Origin: Bdellovibrionales bacterium
GTDB lineage: Bacteria > Bdellovibrionota > Bdellovibrionia > Bdellovibrionales > JAGQZY01
Assembly: GCA_031426555.1 (NCBI GenBank)
Contig: JANPLN010000062.1
Span: 1 to 64,000, forward strand
Direction of reading: 5' to 3'
DNA length: 64,000 nt
Positions within the stretch are counted from its first letter, which is position 1; each line of letters begins with the position of its first letter. Both the position numbers and the translations under genes were made by a program. Of this stretch, positions 29,803 through 40,184 are shown in pieces. Under the pieces are notes generated by a model. That model was not told where the DNA came from and ran no database searches. It worked only from the letters and a program-made list of their open reading frames with translations.

Positions 29803-30672
29803 TTGCTAACGTTGTTCTTTTTTTGTATTATTAACTTGGCCGCGTCCGCAGATTTTTCGGTGGGCAGTTACAATATCCATCAGCAAAGTGATATGTCCGG
29901 TTTGGCTTTGGACTTTGCACAGTTGCAAACCCTTGACGTGCTCGCCCTGCAAGAAGTGCAAATGGACGATGGCGCAGCTCTTGTGTTTTCGCAGTCGCTG
30001 GTATCGGTTATGACTTCGTCGGGCAATGATTCGGCCGACAAGTTGATCAATGCGTCGGTTAAAAAGTCAGCCGACACTCAATGGAACTTCCACTGCGTTC
30101 AGCGTGTGAATCAAAATGCCGATGGCACTTGGGAGTCGCTGGCAATATTCAGCCGCTACCACCTATTAAAGTGCGGAGCTTTATCACTTGAACACACCGA
30201 CGATAAAAACCGTGAAGCCTTATGGGCAGTGGTGGGCATTCCCCAAGCGCGACCATTGCTTGTGATCAACACCGATCACGAAACAAGTGCCTATCTGACC
30301 CTTGGCTTTCCGGATCGCAAAAAGCAACTGCAGTCATTAGTGAAGCACCTTAAATCCTGCGCCCAGTGGCTCGAGCCCGGGTGCGAAACCTGGCCCACCG
30401 TGGTCACTGGCGATTTTAACACCAGCGGCGCGTCCCTCTCTGCGCCGCTCGCCACCCTCAACGAAATCAAACAGACCGTTTCGTTATTGCAAACGGCGCA
30501 CCTCGAACACGTGGTTCCGTGCCCAGAGCACGAGGTCACATTTGAGTCTTTATGGGGTTCCTACCACCTCGATCACCTGTTTATTAAAAATTTGCGCTCC
30601 AGTTGTCGTTTATCTTTGAAAAATAGACAGGGCTCAGACCACCTGCCCATCTGGAGCGTCTTAAATCAATAG
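29803..30672 (+). CDS. Exported endonuclease/exonuclease/phosphatase family protein
   Basis: SYNI, LQEV, GDFN, LDHLF, SDHLP. Confidence 0.88.
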   Translation: MLTLFFFCIINLAASADFSVGSYNIHQQSDMSGLALDFAQLQTLDVLALQEVQMDDGAALVFSQSLVSVMTSSGNDSADKLINASVKKSADTQWNFHCVQRVNQNADGTWESLAIFSRYHLLKCGALSLEHTDDKNREALWAVVGIPQARPLLVINTDHETSAYLTLGFPDRKKQLQSLVKHLKSCAQWLEPGCETWPTVVTGDFNTSGASLSAPLATLNEIKQTVSLLQTAHLEHVVPCPEHEVTFESLWGSYHLDHLFIKNLRSSCRLSLKNRQGSDHLPIWSVLNQ

Positions 30673-30729
30673 TCGACAACAAACACAACAGTTGCAAAGC
30701 CCACCCCTAACGCGTTAAAAGGTTTTTAA

Positions 30730-32322
30730 ATGATCAGTACTTCAAATGTGAGTCTCAATTTCGGTGCTAAAAAACTTTTCGACGATGTGAATGTAAAATT
30801 CACGCCAGGGAATTGTTACGGCCTTATCGGTGCAAACGGCGCGGGTAAAACCACGTTTTTAAAAATTCTTTCTAAAGAGCTCGAGCCCAACACCGGCGAA
30901 GTGATTTTACCGCCAAAAATGCGCCTGTCGGTTTTAAAACAAAACCACAACGCCTACGACAACTTTACTGTGATGCAAACCGTAATGATGGGCAATCAGC
31001 GCTTGTTTCAGGTCATGGCCGAAAAAGAACAGCTCTACGCCAAGCCTGACTTTTCGGAAGAAGATGGAGTGAAGGCTTCAAATCTTGAAACCGAATTCGC
31101 AGAGCTTAATGGCTGGGAGGCCGAGTCCGAAGCCAGTACCATGTTGGCCGAGCTAAAAATCCCAAACGAAATCCACGACAAGCTGATGAAGGATTTGGAC
31201 TCCGGCGACAAAGTAAAAGTACTTTTAGCTCAAGCTCTGTTTGGCCAGCCCGATATCTTGTTACTGGATGAACCCACAAACAACTTAGACATTCGCGCGG
31301 TTCAGTGGCTCGAAAACTTTTTGATGAATTTCAAAAACACAGTCATCGTGGTTTCCCATGATCGCCACTTTTTAAACACCGTGTGCACGCATATGGCCGA
31401 TATTGATTACAGCAAAATCACCATCTACACCGGCAACTATGAGTTTTGGCGTCAGGCCACCGAACTCAATCAAAAATTGCGTTCCGATCAAAACAAAAAA
31501 AATGCCGATAAGGCCGAGGAGCTTAAAAGCTTTATTGCGCGCTTTAGTGCTAATGCTTCTAAATCTCGCCAGGCATCGTCTCGACAAAAGCAGCTCGAAA
31601 AATTAGATTTGAGCGACATGCCGGTTTCCACCCGTCGCACTCCTTTTGTAGGCTTTAATCCTGCACGGGAATTAGGGAACGATCTTTTAACCGTGAACGG
31701 ACTTTCAAAGACCGTTAATGGCGAAGTGATTTTAAAAAACGTCAGTTTTATTCTAAACAAAAGCGACAAGGTCGCTTTTTTAAGTTCCAACGATGTGAGT
31801 GTGACCACGTTGTTCGAAATTCTCACTGGCCAAATGGAACCCGATGCGGGCTCCTTTAGCTGGGGCATCACCACGTCGCTGAGTTATTTTCCAAAAGACA
31901 ATTCGCATTTTTTTAAAAGCTCCCCCGCTCCCACACTCGTAGACTGGTTGCGAGACTTCTCGCAAGAGAAGGACGAGTCTTTTTTACGTGGCTTTTTAGG
32001 CAAAATGCTTTTTAGCGGCGACGACGCCATGAAAAAACCTTCGGTATTATCGGGCGGCGAAAAAGTGCGCTGTATGTTTTCCAAAATGATGTTGAGTAAT
32101 GCCAATGTGATTTTGCTTGATGGCCCAACGGCGCATTTAGACTTAGAGAGCATTTCCGCAGTCAACGACGGTGTGAGCCGCTTTAAGGGCGGTGTGCTGT
32201 TTACCTCTACGGATCACGAGTTTGTGCAAACTGTGGCCAATAGAGTCATCGTTTTGGATGGCACAGTGAAGGAAGACCACAAACTCACCTACGAAGAGTA
32301 TTTGCAGCTTAAAACAAAGTAG
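30730..32322 (+). CDS. ABC-F ATPase (YbiT/YkpA-like)
   Basis: Two ABC domains, no TMs; GANGAGKTT; LLDEPTN; inter-domain linker. Confidence 0.92.
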   Translation: MISTSNVSLNFGAKKLFDDVNVKFTPGNCYGLIGANGAGKTTFLKILSKELEPNTGEVILPPKMRLSVLKQNHNAYDNFTVMQTVMMGNQRLFQVMAEKEQLYAKPDFSEEDGVKASNLETEFAELNGWEAESEASTMLAELKIPNEIHDKLMKDLDSGDKVKVLLAQALFGQPDILLLDEPTNNLDIRAVQWLENFLMNFKNTVIVVSHDRHFLNTVCTHMADIDYSKITIYTGNYEFWRQATELNQKLRSDQNKKNADKAEELKSFIARFSANASKSRQASSRQKQLEKLDLSDMPVSTRRTPFVGFNPARELGNDLLTVNGLSKTVNGEVILKNVSFILNKSDKVAFLSSNDVSVTTLFEILTGQMEPDAGSFSWGITTSLSYFPKDNSHFFKSSPAPTLVDWLRDFSQEKDESFLRGFLGKMLFSGDDAMKKPSVLSGGEKVRCMFSKMMLSNANVILLDGPTAHLDLESISAVNDGVSRFKGGVLFTSTDHEFVQTVANRVIVLDGTVKEDHKLTYEEYLQLKTK

Positions 32323-32328
32323 GGCTTT

Positions 32329-33774
32329 TTGGACAATCCACAAAACCGCCTTCGTATCTCTCGAGTGCTCCACGCTGGTTATCTTTTTGAAAGTCAGCAG
32401 CAGGGAAAGTCAACACGGATTATGTTTGATCCGATCTTCGAGAATCCCTTTAGTTTTAATTGTTTTGCCTACCCCAATGTGGAATTTGATTTCGTAGCCA
32501 TTCGGCAGTTGCAACTCTCGGCGATTTTTATTTCCCACTACCACGACGACCACTGCTCGCTTGAGAGCCTTCAGCGTCTCAACAAAAACACACCAGTGTA
32601 TTTGTATTGCGTGCACGAAGAGCTCTTTACGATGCTTCACACCGTGGGCTTCACCGATGTACGTGCTTTACGTGTGGATCAAACAGAAACGGTGGGGCCT
32701 TTTCGAATCACTCCCCGCCGCGCGCTCGACGAATCCACCGACACTATCTTTGAAATCCTCACAACCGACTGCAAAATTTTAAATCTGGTGGATGCCCAAC
32801 TAACCGCTGAAACACTGGAGCAGCTCAAAGCTCGTGCACCGTGGGATCTTGTGCTGTGGCCCTTTCAAGTGATGCGCGAAAGCGAAGTGCTGGCGCCTAC
32901 ACGCAGCGAAGATTTTGCGCCCGATGCCAACATCTCCGCAGAAAATTTATTAAACGCCTTTCCCGAAGATTGGACGCAGCAGTTGCAACAGCTCGCGCCC
33001 CACACAGTGGTGCCAAGCTCCTGCCAGTTTATTCACGAGGAGTGGTCGTGGTATCGAAACTTCTTTTTTAGTTACTCCTACCGTGATTTCCAAAACTACC
33101 TCGGGCAGATTTTGCCACTCACAAAAGTTGTGCGCCTCAATCCCGGATGCGCATTGGAGTGGACGCAAAACCAGTTTCAACCGACGGAACCGTTACCATG
33201 GATTACACCTGTGGGTCCGCAGAATGTGGATTACGAATTTCGACCCGAGCAACTGATTCCTAATACTTCGGTGATTGCGCAAAAGTTTCCCGCGCTTCCC
33301 CCGCAACAGTTGGAACGCATCCAGCGCTTTTGCCAAAATGAGATTGTAAAAAGATATCAACTCATCGGCCCACCCGGAGATATTTATTTTCAAAAACAGC
33401 GTCTGTGGCGACTCACCGTCTTTGATCTCTTGGGATTGCCATCGCACTATTTCTACCAACTGTGCGACGAGGAGATGACACCGGTCTCGAAAAGTTATGT
33501 TACAAGTTCTGCGGATGGCACTTCAGAGTCCGCGAACGCTGAGAACATAGCGTGGACCACCGAAATTTCCGCCCACAAACTTAATTCGGCCTTAGAAAAC
33601 GGAGAAAGCCTGAGCTCCCTCTATCTCCGCATCAACGCTCACCGCTTCAGCGAAAAAATCGAAGGCGAACTGCGCGAGGTCAACCACCTCGACGATCCTT
33701 TGCTGCGTACACTTTATAACGGCGATGCCTTAAGTTATCAGCGGGCGCAGCTTAAACGGCTCAAAGGCCCTTAA
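32329..33774 (+). CDS. MBL-fold metallo-hydrolase
   Basis: HAG, FDP, SHYHDDH. Confidence 0.75.
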   Translation: MDNPQNRLRISRVLHAGYLFESQQQGKSTRIMFDPIFENPFSFNCFAYPNVEFDFVAIRQLQLSAIFISHYHDDHCSLESLQRLNKNTPVYLYCVHEELFTMLHTVGFTDVRALRVDQTETVGPFRITPRRALDESTDTIFEILTTDCKILNLVDAQLTAETLEQLKARAPWDLVLWPFQVMRESEVLAPTRSEDFAPDANISAENLLNAFPEDWTQQLQQLAPHTVVPSSCQFIHEEWSWYRNFFFSYSYRDFQNYLGQILPLTKVVRLNPGCALEWTQNQFQPTEPLPWITPVGPQNVDYEFRPEQLIPNTSVIAQKFPALPPQQLERIQRFCQNEIVKRYQLIGPPGDIYFQKQRLWRLTVFDLLGLPSHYFYQLCDEEMTPVSKSYVTSSADGTSESANAENIAWTTEISAHKLNSALENGESLSSLYLRINAHRFSEKIEGELREVNHLDDPLLRTLYNGDALSYQRAQLKRLKGP

Positions 33775-33821
33775 ACATCCTGTGTCTTGTTTGCTCCTCA
33801 ACGCTTTGTTAGCTTGTCGTC

Positions 33822-34595
33822 ATGGCAACAGCACTTATTACCGGAGCATCAGGCGGAATTGGTTTTGAACTCGCAAAAGTTTTGGCACGCGAAAACTTAG
33901 ACCTTGTCCTTGTGGCGCGAAGTCTCGACAAACTCGACGATCTTAAAAAGCAATTGGCTTCACTGAACCGTCGCATCGATGTGATCTCTATCGATCTTTC
34001 GGTACCGGGTTCGGCCGCCGAGCTTTATAAAAAAACGCAAAGCCTCGGCATTTCGGTGGACTACCTAGTAAACAACGCAGGCTTTGGCGAATTTGGTGAG
34101 TTTCACCAGATCGACCGCCAGCGGCAGTCGGATATGATTCATCTTAACATCACAACCCTCACCGAGCTTTCGCATTTGTATTTAGCAAACATGGTGCAAA
34201 AAAAATCAGGCCACATTATCAACATCGCCTCCACAGCGGCGTTTCAACCGGGCCCGCGCATGGCTGTGTACTTTGCCACCAAGGCCTATGTGCTGAGCTT
34301 TTCCGAAGCTTTGAGCGAAGAGCTCTTAGACGTCAACGTGTTTGTCTCCGCCATTTGCCCCGGCCCCACGCAATCTGGGTTTTCGGATGCGGCCCATCTT
34401 GGGAATTCTGACTTATTTAAAAACAAATCAGTGCCCACTTCAAAAGACGTGGCGGAGTTTACCTGGAAGGCCATCCAGAACAAACAGGTGGTGGCCGTGC
34501 ACGGGATGACCAACTGGTTGCTTGCCCAGACCAACCGCTTCGCCCCGCGCTTTGCTGTTCGCAAAATCGCAAAACAGGTTTTAAAACGGACGTAG
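33822..34595 (+). CDS. Short-chain dehydrogenase/reductase
   Basis: TGASGGIG, NNAG, YFATK. Confidence 0.93.
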   Translation: MATALITGASGGIGFELAKVLARENLDLVLVARSLDKLDDLKKQLASLNRRIDVISIDLSVPGSAAELYKKTQSLGISVDYLVNNAGFGEFGEFHQIDRQRQSDMIHLNITTLTELSHLYLANMVQKKSGHIINIASTAAFQPGPRMAVYFATKAYVLSFSEALSEELLDVNVFVSAICPGPTQSGFSDAAHLGNSDLFKNKSVPTSKDVAEFTWKAIQNKQVVAVHGMTNWLLAQTNRFAPRFAVRKIAKQVLKRT

Positions 34596-34716
34596 TCCAT
34601 AAATCGCATCAAATCAGCTCATTTTTGCCTAAAAGCGTGAGTATCAGTTCGCAATAGCCTTGGTTATATTGATTTTCGAAGCACAATACAGTGCGCGCCA
34701 AAACCAAGGAGTTCGT

Positions 34717-35361
34717 ATGAAAAAACAAATTTTAGCCGTTCAATTATTAATAATGTCAGTAGCCGTGAGTGCAACAGCCGGAGGAGTGGGCATTACTGAA
34801 ACATGCTCCGTGACTAACGAAGTCCTCATGTCAGCGCCACTCAATGTGTATTTGCCCGACGGTATTACAGAACAAGCTGTGGGCGAGGCTTCCATCGTCA
34901 GCCGAAAAAGCGTTTGCAAAAACGGTGAGTACGAAGTGATCGGCATCGATCTTCAGCTCGCTGATGAGATTAAGCCTTACGGCATAAAAATTAAAGACGC
35001 CATCACTGCGTTCGAAATCAATACGTCCCTTGATTTTCGTTTAAAAGAGCTTGTGAACACCACAAAATCTTTTCACGCGAGCCCTTACGGCAAAGCAACA
35101 ATCAATCACTTTGGCGAAGTGGGAATGATTGATGTCACCGTGGAAAACCCGCAAATTCTTTTTTGGGTGAATCCTAAAGCCAGTATCGACTCTTTGATTT
35201 CTGCGGTTTCAAATGGTCAAGCAGCCGACGATCGCCCGCTCCGCTGCTCTCTCGACAAAGCCTACGTCATCCTCACCAAAAAGGCGTCTGGCTCCGACGG
35301 GTTAAAAAAGGATCTTCGCTTGTCTGCATTTTTCCGAGGTACACTGCAACTCTGCCCTTAG
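34717..35361 (+). CDS. Hypothetical secreted protein
   Basis: AAGGAG RBS before MKKQILAVQ; signal peptide. Confidence 0.65.
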   Translation: MKKQILAVQLLIMSVAVSATAGGVGITETCSVTNEVLMSAPLNVYLPDGITEQAVGEASIVSRKSVCKNGEYEVIGIDLQLADEIKPYGIKIKDAITAFEINTSLDFRLKELVNTTKSFHASPYGKATINHFGEVGMIDVTVENPQILFWVNPKASIDSLISAVSNGQAADDRPLRCSLDKAYVILTKKASGSDGLKKDLRLSAFFRGTLQLCP

Positions 35362-35388
35362 TCTTTTAGCCTCCTCAACACACCTCTC

Positions 35389-35423
35389 AGGGTGGCGCAT
35401 GAACTGTGCCACCCTTCTTTTTT
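35389..35423 (+). terminator. Intrinsic terminator
   Basis: agggtggcgca-tgaac-tgtgccaccct followed by a T-tract. Confidence 0.8.
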
Positions 35424-35484
35424 ATCTCATCTCATCAGCTAAAAAAGTTTTGCGCTCGTCGCCACTTTCAAGTAAAGACAGGCT

Positions 35485-35955
35485 ATGTGGAGTTTAGATT
35501 CAACCCCCCTCGAAGTGATTTTACGTTCCCTAGTGATTTATTTTGCGCTGTTTGTGCTTTTTCGCCTGGGCGGTAAAAAACAGCTCGGGCAGATGTCCCC
35601 TCTCGATCTAATTCTTGTACTGATTATCAGCGAGGCCGTGAGCAATGCGTTGGTAGGCGACGAAAAATCTATCACCGGCGGACTCATTTCTGCCATCACC
35701 TTGGTGGGAGCTGGGTTTTTGATGGATACTCTGACGTTTAAATTTCAAAAATTCGAAAAGCTGGCCGAAGGCGAAAGCAAAATTTTGATTTTGGATGGTG
35801 TTGTAAACAAAGACCTCTGTAAAAAAGAACGACTGACTCAAAGTGAAATCGAAATGCGCTTGCGCGAACTGCAAATTGAGAGCACCGACGACGTTCGGGT
35901 GGCTTTTTTAGAGACCAGCGGACACATCACCGCCTTTAAAAAAGAACAGAGTTGA
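35485..35955 (+). CDS. DUF421/YetF family membrane protein
   Basis: GKKQLGQMSPLDL...LETSGHIT. Confidence 0.88.
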   Translation: MWSLDSTPLEVILRSLVIYFALFVLFRLGGKKQLGQMSPLDLILVLIISEAVSNALVGDEKSITGGLISAITLVGAGFLMDTLTFKFQKFEKLAEGESKILILDGVVNKDLCKKERLTQSEIEMRLRELQIESTDDVRVAFLETSGHITAFKKEQS

Positions 35956-36542
35956 ATTTTGACAATCCATGTGGGGGCGCCTCAATGTGGACAAAGCAAA
36001 AGGTAAAGCAGCTCCCGTACGGAACTGTGCGAGACAGGCTGTGGAAGGAAGTCACCGCCAACCGCCTCTCGCCCGTGACTGGAAGCTATCAGTATTGGAA
36101 ATCCATCGTCGAAGCGAAATCTATTAATTATCAAAAGCAACCGCAGCGATACCGCATCGGTAAAGGTGAGCAAGGTGTTCTTAGCACACAGCCGTACACT
36201 GGCATTATTAGCGCCTTTTGGCGCTTCAAAACGGAAGCCGACGCTGTCGTCTCGGCTGATATGATTTTTTATATTTTTGGTTACTATGTTTCGAAAAATG
36301 ATTTTGTGGGCGCAGATATTGCAAAGAAATTTTTGCAAATGGGATTCACGCGCGCCCGCCGCTACGCAAATTTTCCTTCGGGGCGAAAATATAATTCAAA
36401 AAATCGTCCTCGAAAAACCTCGATCACAAATATGACGGGCGAAAAAGCAAACGCGGCACTAGTTTTTCAACTTTACTGGGAAAAGGCTCGAACCCATCCC
36501 AAATTTCTCGTCTCAAAAAGCAAATTTTTAAAACAAGTATAA
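35952..36542 (+). CDS. DUF4385 family protein
   Basis: YRIGKGEQGVL, WRFKT, DFVGAD, FLQMGFTRARRYAN. Confidence 0.8.
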   Translation: MNFDNPCGGASMWTKQKVKQLPYGTVRDRLWKEVTANRLSPVTGSYQYWKSIVEAKSINYQKQPQRYRIGKGEQGVLSTQPYTGIISAFWRFKTEADAVVSADMIFYIFGYYVSKNDFVGADIAKKFLQMGFTRARRYANFPSGRKYNSKNRPRKTSITNMTGEKANAALVFQLYWEKARTHPKFLVSKSKFLKQV

Positions 36543-36601
36543 CGATCAAAATTGACCAACACTCTCGTTGTGAAGAGAATTTAATTTGTCTTGGTAGGTG
36601 C

Positions 36602-37495
36602 GTGCTTGATAAAACTGCTTTGGAGGCTTTGATGTTCGATATGCTCAAAAAGGTTTTTGCAGATTTTTTAAGCGACGAGATTTTTACCCGCTCGTCGTCT
36701 CTGGCTTACTATTCGGCCTTAGCAATGGCACCCATCATTGTGCTCTTTGTTTGGACGCTTTCGGTGATCGGAGTGGATCTGCAAGCAGATTTGGTTGGCA
36801 ATGTTGAATCGTTTGTTGGCAACGAGGGAGCTAGGTTGGTTGCTACAATTATCCAAGGGGCGGAAAAGCGTCCCGATTTGTCATCGTTAAGTGGTTGGCT
36901 TGGTTTCGCGGGGCTTTTGTTTTCGGCCAGTGTGATATTTGCAGAGCTCCAAGGCACGATGAACCTGATATTCGATACGGAAACCAAAAAAGTTAAAAGT
37001 AAAAGCCTCTTTCAGTCTGCAAAGGGATTGTTGTTCGATCGACTCTTTTCCATTGGGATGCTCCTCACCTTCGTCTTTCTGGCCATTACCTCGCTGATAC
37101 TCTCGTCGTTTGTGGCCTATTTTTTTCGTGGCTTCGAAAGCAGCTGGCTTCAAACGATGATCACCGCTGTCAATTTTATCGTCTTCAGTTTTCTTTTTGC
37201 TCTTATCTTTAAATACATGCCCGATCGGAGCATAAATAAAAAAGCAGCTTACGTGGGTGGGGCCATCACTTCGGCGCTGTTTAGTGTTGGAAAAACGGCC
37301 GTCAGCTACTATTTAGCGAGGGCTTCAGTGGGTTCTGCCTACGGCGCCGCTGGCTCCTTTGCGGTCTTACTGGTTTGGCTTTATTACTCGTCGGTCATCT
37401 TTTATTTTGGAGCGGAAATCGCGTTTGCCCTCCTCGTTGAAACCCCGGGCGAGACGAAATCAGATAGCCACAGTCTCAGAGACGGCTCTCGCTGA
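36602..37495 (+). CDS. YihY/BrkB family membrane protein
   Basis: SLAYY; YGAAGSFAVLLVWLYYSSVIFYFGAE. Confidence 0.92.
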   Translation: MLDKTALEALMFDMLKKVFADFLSDEIFTRSSSLAYYSALAMAPIIVLFVWTLSVIGVDLQADLVGNVESFVGNEGARLVATIIQGAEKRPDLSSLSGWLGFAGLLFSASVIFAELQGTMNLIFDTETKKVKSKSLFQSAKGLLFDRLFSIGMLLTFVFLAITSLILSSFVAYFFRGFESSWLQTMITAVNFIVFSFLFALIFKYMPDRSINKKAAYVGGAITSALFSVGKTAVSYYLARASVGSAYGAAGSFAVLLVWLYYSSVIFYFGAEIAFALLVETPGETKSDSHSLRDGSR

Positions 37496-38753
37496 TAAGT
37501 TCACGACCCGTATTTTTAACCGGTTGGTGGCTCTCAGCATTGCGGAGGATTTCGCGAACGTTATTGTCTGTGGACCCTTGATCAACACCTGCGGACCTTG
37601 GTTCCACGTTTATCGGTTGCCCTGAAGAAAGACCCTCCTCAATTTTCGTGGCGAGAATAGATTTCAATTTTTCCACGTTCGTCTTTCGCGAATCCACCCA
37701 GATGGACACTTCCACTTTGCCACTAGCAAAATTCACATCCATGACAGGGTCTTTAACAATTTCTGGCCTGGATTCAAGAAAGCGTCGAATACTTTGCGAA
37801 GTCAGTTTTTGGTCTGCCTCCGCTGGCGCCTGGAAAAAAAGTTTGGTTCGAGTAATAGGATTTATCGAATGATTTTTAATAATGTTCGTGTAGACGAGAG
37901 CGTTTGGAATAAGGACGTGGTTACCGTCGAAATCCACAAGGGTTGTCCCCCGTGTGGTTATCTTAAAAACCACCCCACTCTGCCCAGCAACGTCAATGAT
38001 GTCTCCAATTACAAAGGGCTTACGCACACTGAGCATGATCCCGGAAAAATAATTTTCTAAGATATTTTTAAAGGCAAAACCAGCAACCAGCCCAGCGGCC
38101 CCGGTTCCTCCGACGAGAGTCAGCGCCAAACCAGTCAGTCCCATGAGCTTTAGCACTAAATAGATTCCAACCAGCAGTATAGGAAGCGTTGTAAAAAATG
38201 ACAGGACATCTACGAGAATCGGATTTGCCGTGCGATAAGACCAGACTTTCCGGATGCCACGTTTTGAAATTCGATATAGAAAAAATGACCCCAATAACAC
38301 CAGTGCACTCGCCGTTAAATAAGGAATAAACGTAATGGTGTTTTTCCAAAAACTTTTGAGCTCTTTATGGGCGGGTGAAAGGTCAAGCCAACCAAGCTCC
38401 GAGAGTTGGAGATTATTGATAACGGCCACAACGCCATCGGTTTCCTTGGCCAAACTTTGCGCCCAGTCCCGTTGTCCTGCTTCCGAAGCCGTGCCTTGAA
38501 GAAATACCACGCCTTCATTTGAGGAAACTTTTAAATCTGTAAACCATCCAGTCACCCCAAGGACCTTTTGTAGGCGTGAAGAGATCTCAGCATCCGATTT
38601 TGACCGCGGAATTTCGATGGCGTTTTTTCCCTGCTCAACATTACGAGGAATGGCTTCATTGGTATCGTCTGCTAAAACGGGAAGCGGCGTGCAGACTCGA
38701 AAGGATAATAATGATAAAAACAAGCCGACCCGAAAAATTCTCAACATCCACAA
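37476..38753 (-). CDS. MscS mechanosensitive channel with N-terminal BON domain
   Basis: GVVFLQG...GVVAVINNL (BON); GFAFKNILENYFSG, PFVIGD, IPN. Confidence 0.9.
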   Translation of the reverse strand: MWMLRIFRVGLFLSLLSFRVCTPLPVLADDTNEAIPRNVEQGKNAIEIPRSKSDAEISSRLQKVLGVTGWFTDLKVSSNEGVVFLQGTASEAGQRDWAQSLAKETDGVVAVINNLQLSELGWLDLSPAHKELKSFWKNTITFIPYLTASALVLLGSFFLYRISKRGIRKVWSYRTANPILVDVLSFFTTLPILLVGIYLVLKLMGLTGLALTLVGGTGAAGLVAGFAFKNILENYFSGIMLSVRKPFVIGDIIDVAGQSGVVFKITTRGTTLVDFDGNHVLIPNALVYTNIIKNHSINPITRTKLFFQAPAEADQKLTSQSIRRFLESRPEIVKDPVMDVNFASGKVEVSIWVDSRKTNVEKLKSILATKIEEGLSSGQPINVEPRSAGVDQGSTDNNVREILRNAESHQPVKNTGRELISESRL

Positions 38754-38855
38754 CCCTCTTCACCAGTAAGTTCAACATTTACACTACGAGTTCGTTTTCA
38801 CCCCGTGTTTTATCAAAAATCGCCGGGAAAGCCGCTTAATTCGCAGCAGAATTAC

Positions 38856-38870
38856 TGGACTGCATTTTGC
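38856..38870 (+). promoter_or_regulatory. Possible sigma54 promoter of the stress cluster
   Basis: TGGACTGCATTTTGC, GG-N10-GC spacing, imperfect -24 box. Confidence 0.4.
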
Positions 38871-38924
38871 CTACCAACGGTATACGAGAGCCGTTGGCGG
38901 TTCCCGATATTCAACCCAAGGAGA

Positions 38925-39392
38925 ATGAAAATGCAAAACCAGTCCCGTTCGCAAAATAACCCGTCTAGCAGCAGCACCACCAGTCCATCGAATAAAGGTG
39001 GGACCTCTAAAATGAATTCGCAGATGAATTCACAGACGAATTCACAAGGCAGTCAAAACGCCCAAGGTGACAAAGAAGAAACCTCTGAAAGCTCAAGCAT
39101 CACTAAATCAGTGGGTGCCGTGATCGGAGAAAGTTTGGCTAAAGATGCGCAAGCTCGCGTGGACGATGTCATGGACCGCGTAAATGGCTATTTTAAAACT
39201 GCTAAAGAGTATGTTTCCGAAAATCCAAAAGAAACAGCTGCCATCGTTGCCGCCGTTGGTGTTGCCGCGTGGGTTCTTCTATATACGAAGCCAGGACGCC
39301 AAGTCTTTGAAAAAGGCGCCGCAATGTATGTTCCAGAAATTTCTAAATGGATCACACAGAATCTGACATCGTCTTCAGCTACAAAACATTAA
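38925..39392 (+). CDS. Hydrophilic protein with ElaB/YqjD-like C-terminal membrane anchor
   Basis: AAGGAG RBS; Ser/Gln/Asn-rich N-terminus; YVSENP followed by a TM. Confidence 0.6.
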   Translation: MKMQNQSRSQNNPSSSSTTSPSNKGGTSKMNSQMNSQTNSQGSQNAQGDKEETSESSSITKSVGAVIGESLAKDAQARVDDVMDRVNGYFKTAKEYVSENPKETAAIVAAVGVAAWVLLYTKPGRQVFEKGAAMYVPEISKWITQNLTSSSATKH

Positions 39393-39402
39393 CTGAAGTA
39401 TT

Positions 39403-39834
39403 ATGGATAACCAAGATACCCAAAAATCCTATGCTGATCTCCTTCGGGAGGTCAGCCGTAATGCCAAGGAACTTTTCGCAAGCGAAATCGATCTGGTTCG
39501 CATCGAAGCAAAGAGCTCCTTTAAGACAGTGGAACGTCATTCCTACGCTCTCATTATTAGCGTTTGGTTTGTGCTTTTTGCCCCGTTGGGACTGTTTGCT
39601 TCGGCGATTCTCGTTCTCGGCGATTATTGGGAGGGGCGGTACTGGCTGAGTTCACTCGTCGTTGGAGCAAGTGCTCTCTTTGTTGGATTAGTACTTATGA
39701 AAAACACGGTCAAAAAAATTCGCAGCGAGCCCAAGCTCATGCAGGCCACGCAAAACACGCTCAATTTTGTTGCGGATAAAACAAAAGAAAACGTCGAAGA
39801 CGTTTCGATTGCCCTTAGCGGAGGGAAAACATGA
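39403..39834 (+). CDS. Phage-holin-like (YqjE/DUF1469-type) membrane protein
   Basis: LFASEIDLVRIE followed by two TMs. Confidence 0.7.
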   Translation: MDNQDTQKSYADLLREVSRNAKELFASEIDLVRIEAKSSFKTVERHSYALIISVWFVLFAPLGLFASAILVLGDYWEGRYWLSSLVVGASALFVGLVLMKNTVKKIRSEPKLMQATQNTLNFVADKTKENVEDVSIALSGGKT

Positions 39835-40142
39835 TGTCCAACGAAGTGGCTGTAGCCGAAGCTCGAGCGATAGAGAGTGCGCGAAAACTCGATAGGTCCA
39901 TCGACGAGCTCATTGATAAAATCGAAGGAACCACCGAAAGCGTAAGCAAAACGATTGAAACCGTGAACGCTCCGTTTAAAACCGTGAAGAATTTGGCAAT
40001 AAGACTTCGTGAAGGACACGGAGAAGACTCTGTTCCTTTCTTGCTGGCCGTTGGCGTGACCGCGGCGTGCGTGTTGGGACTGGGGCTCTATTGGCGTTCC
40101 CAGAACTTTGCGTCCACCGAGACCACCGAGCTAAATAAATAA
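39831..40142 (+). CDS. Coiled-coil, tail-anchored small protein
   Basis: ATGA overlap with the previous gene; C-terminal TM. Confidence 0.6.
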   Translation: MMSNEVAVAEARAIESARKLDRSIDELIDKIEGTTESVSKTIETVNAPFKTVKNLAIRLREGHGEDSVPFLLAVGVTAACVLGLGLYWRSQNFASTETTELNK

Positions 40143-40184
40143 AACAAATAACAACAAACTAAACGAACTACGAGGAGACGTACG

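Noticed and set aside
39403..39834. Prophage lysis gene
   Set aside because: The holin-like family match sits in a stress-gene context with no phage genes
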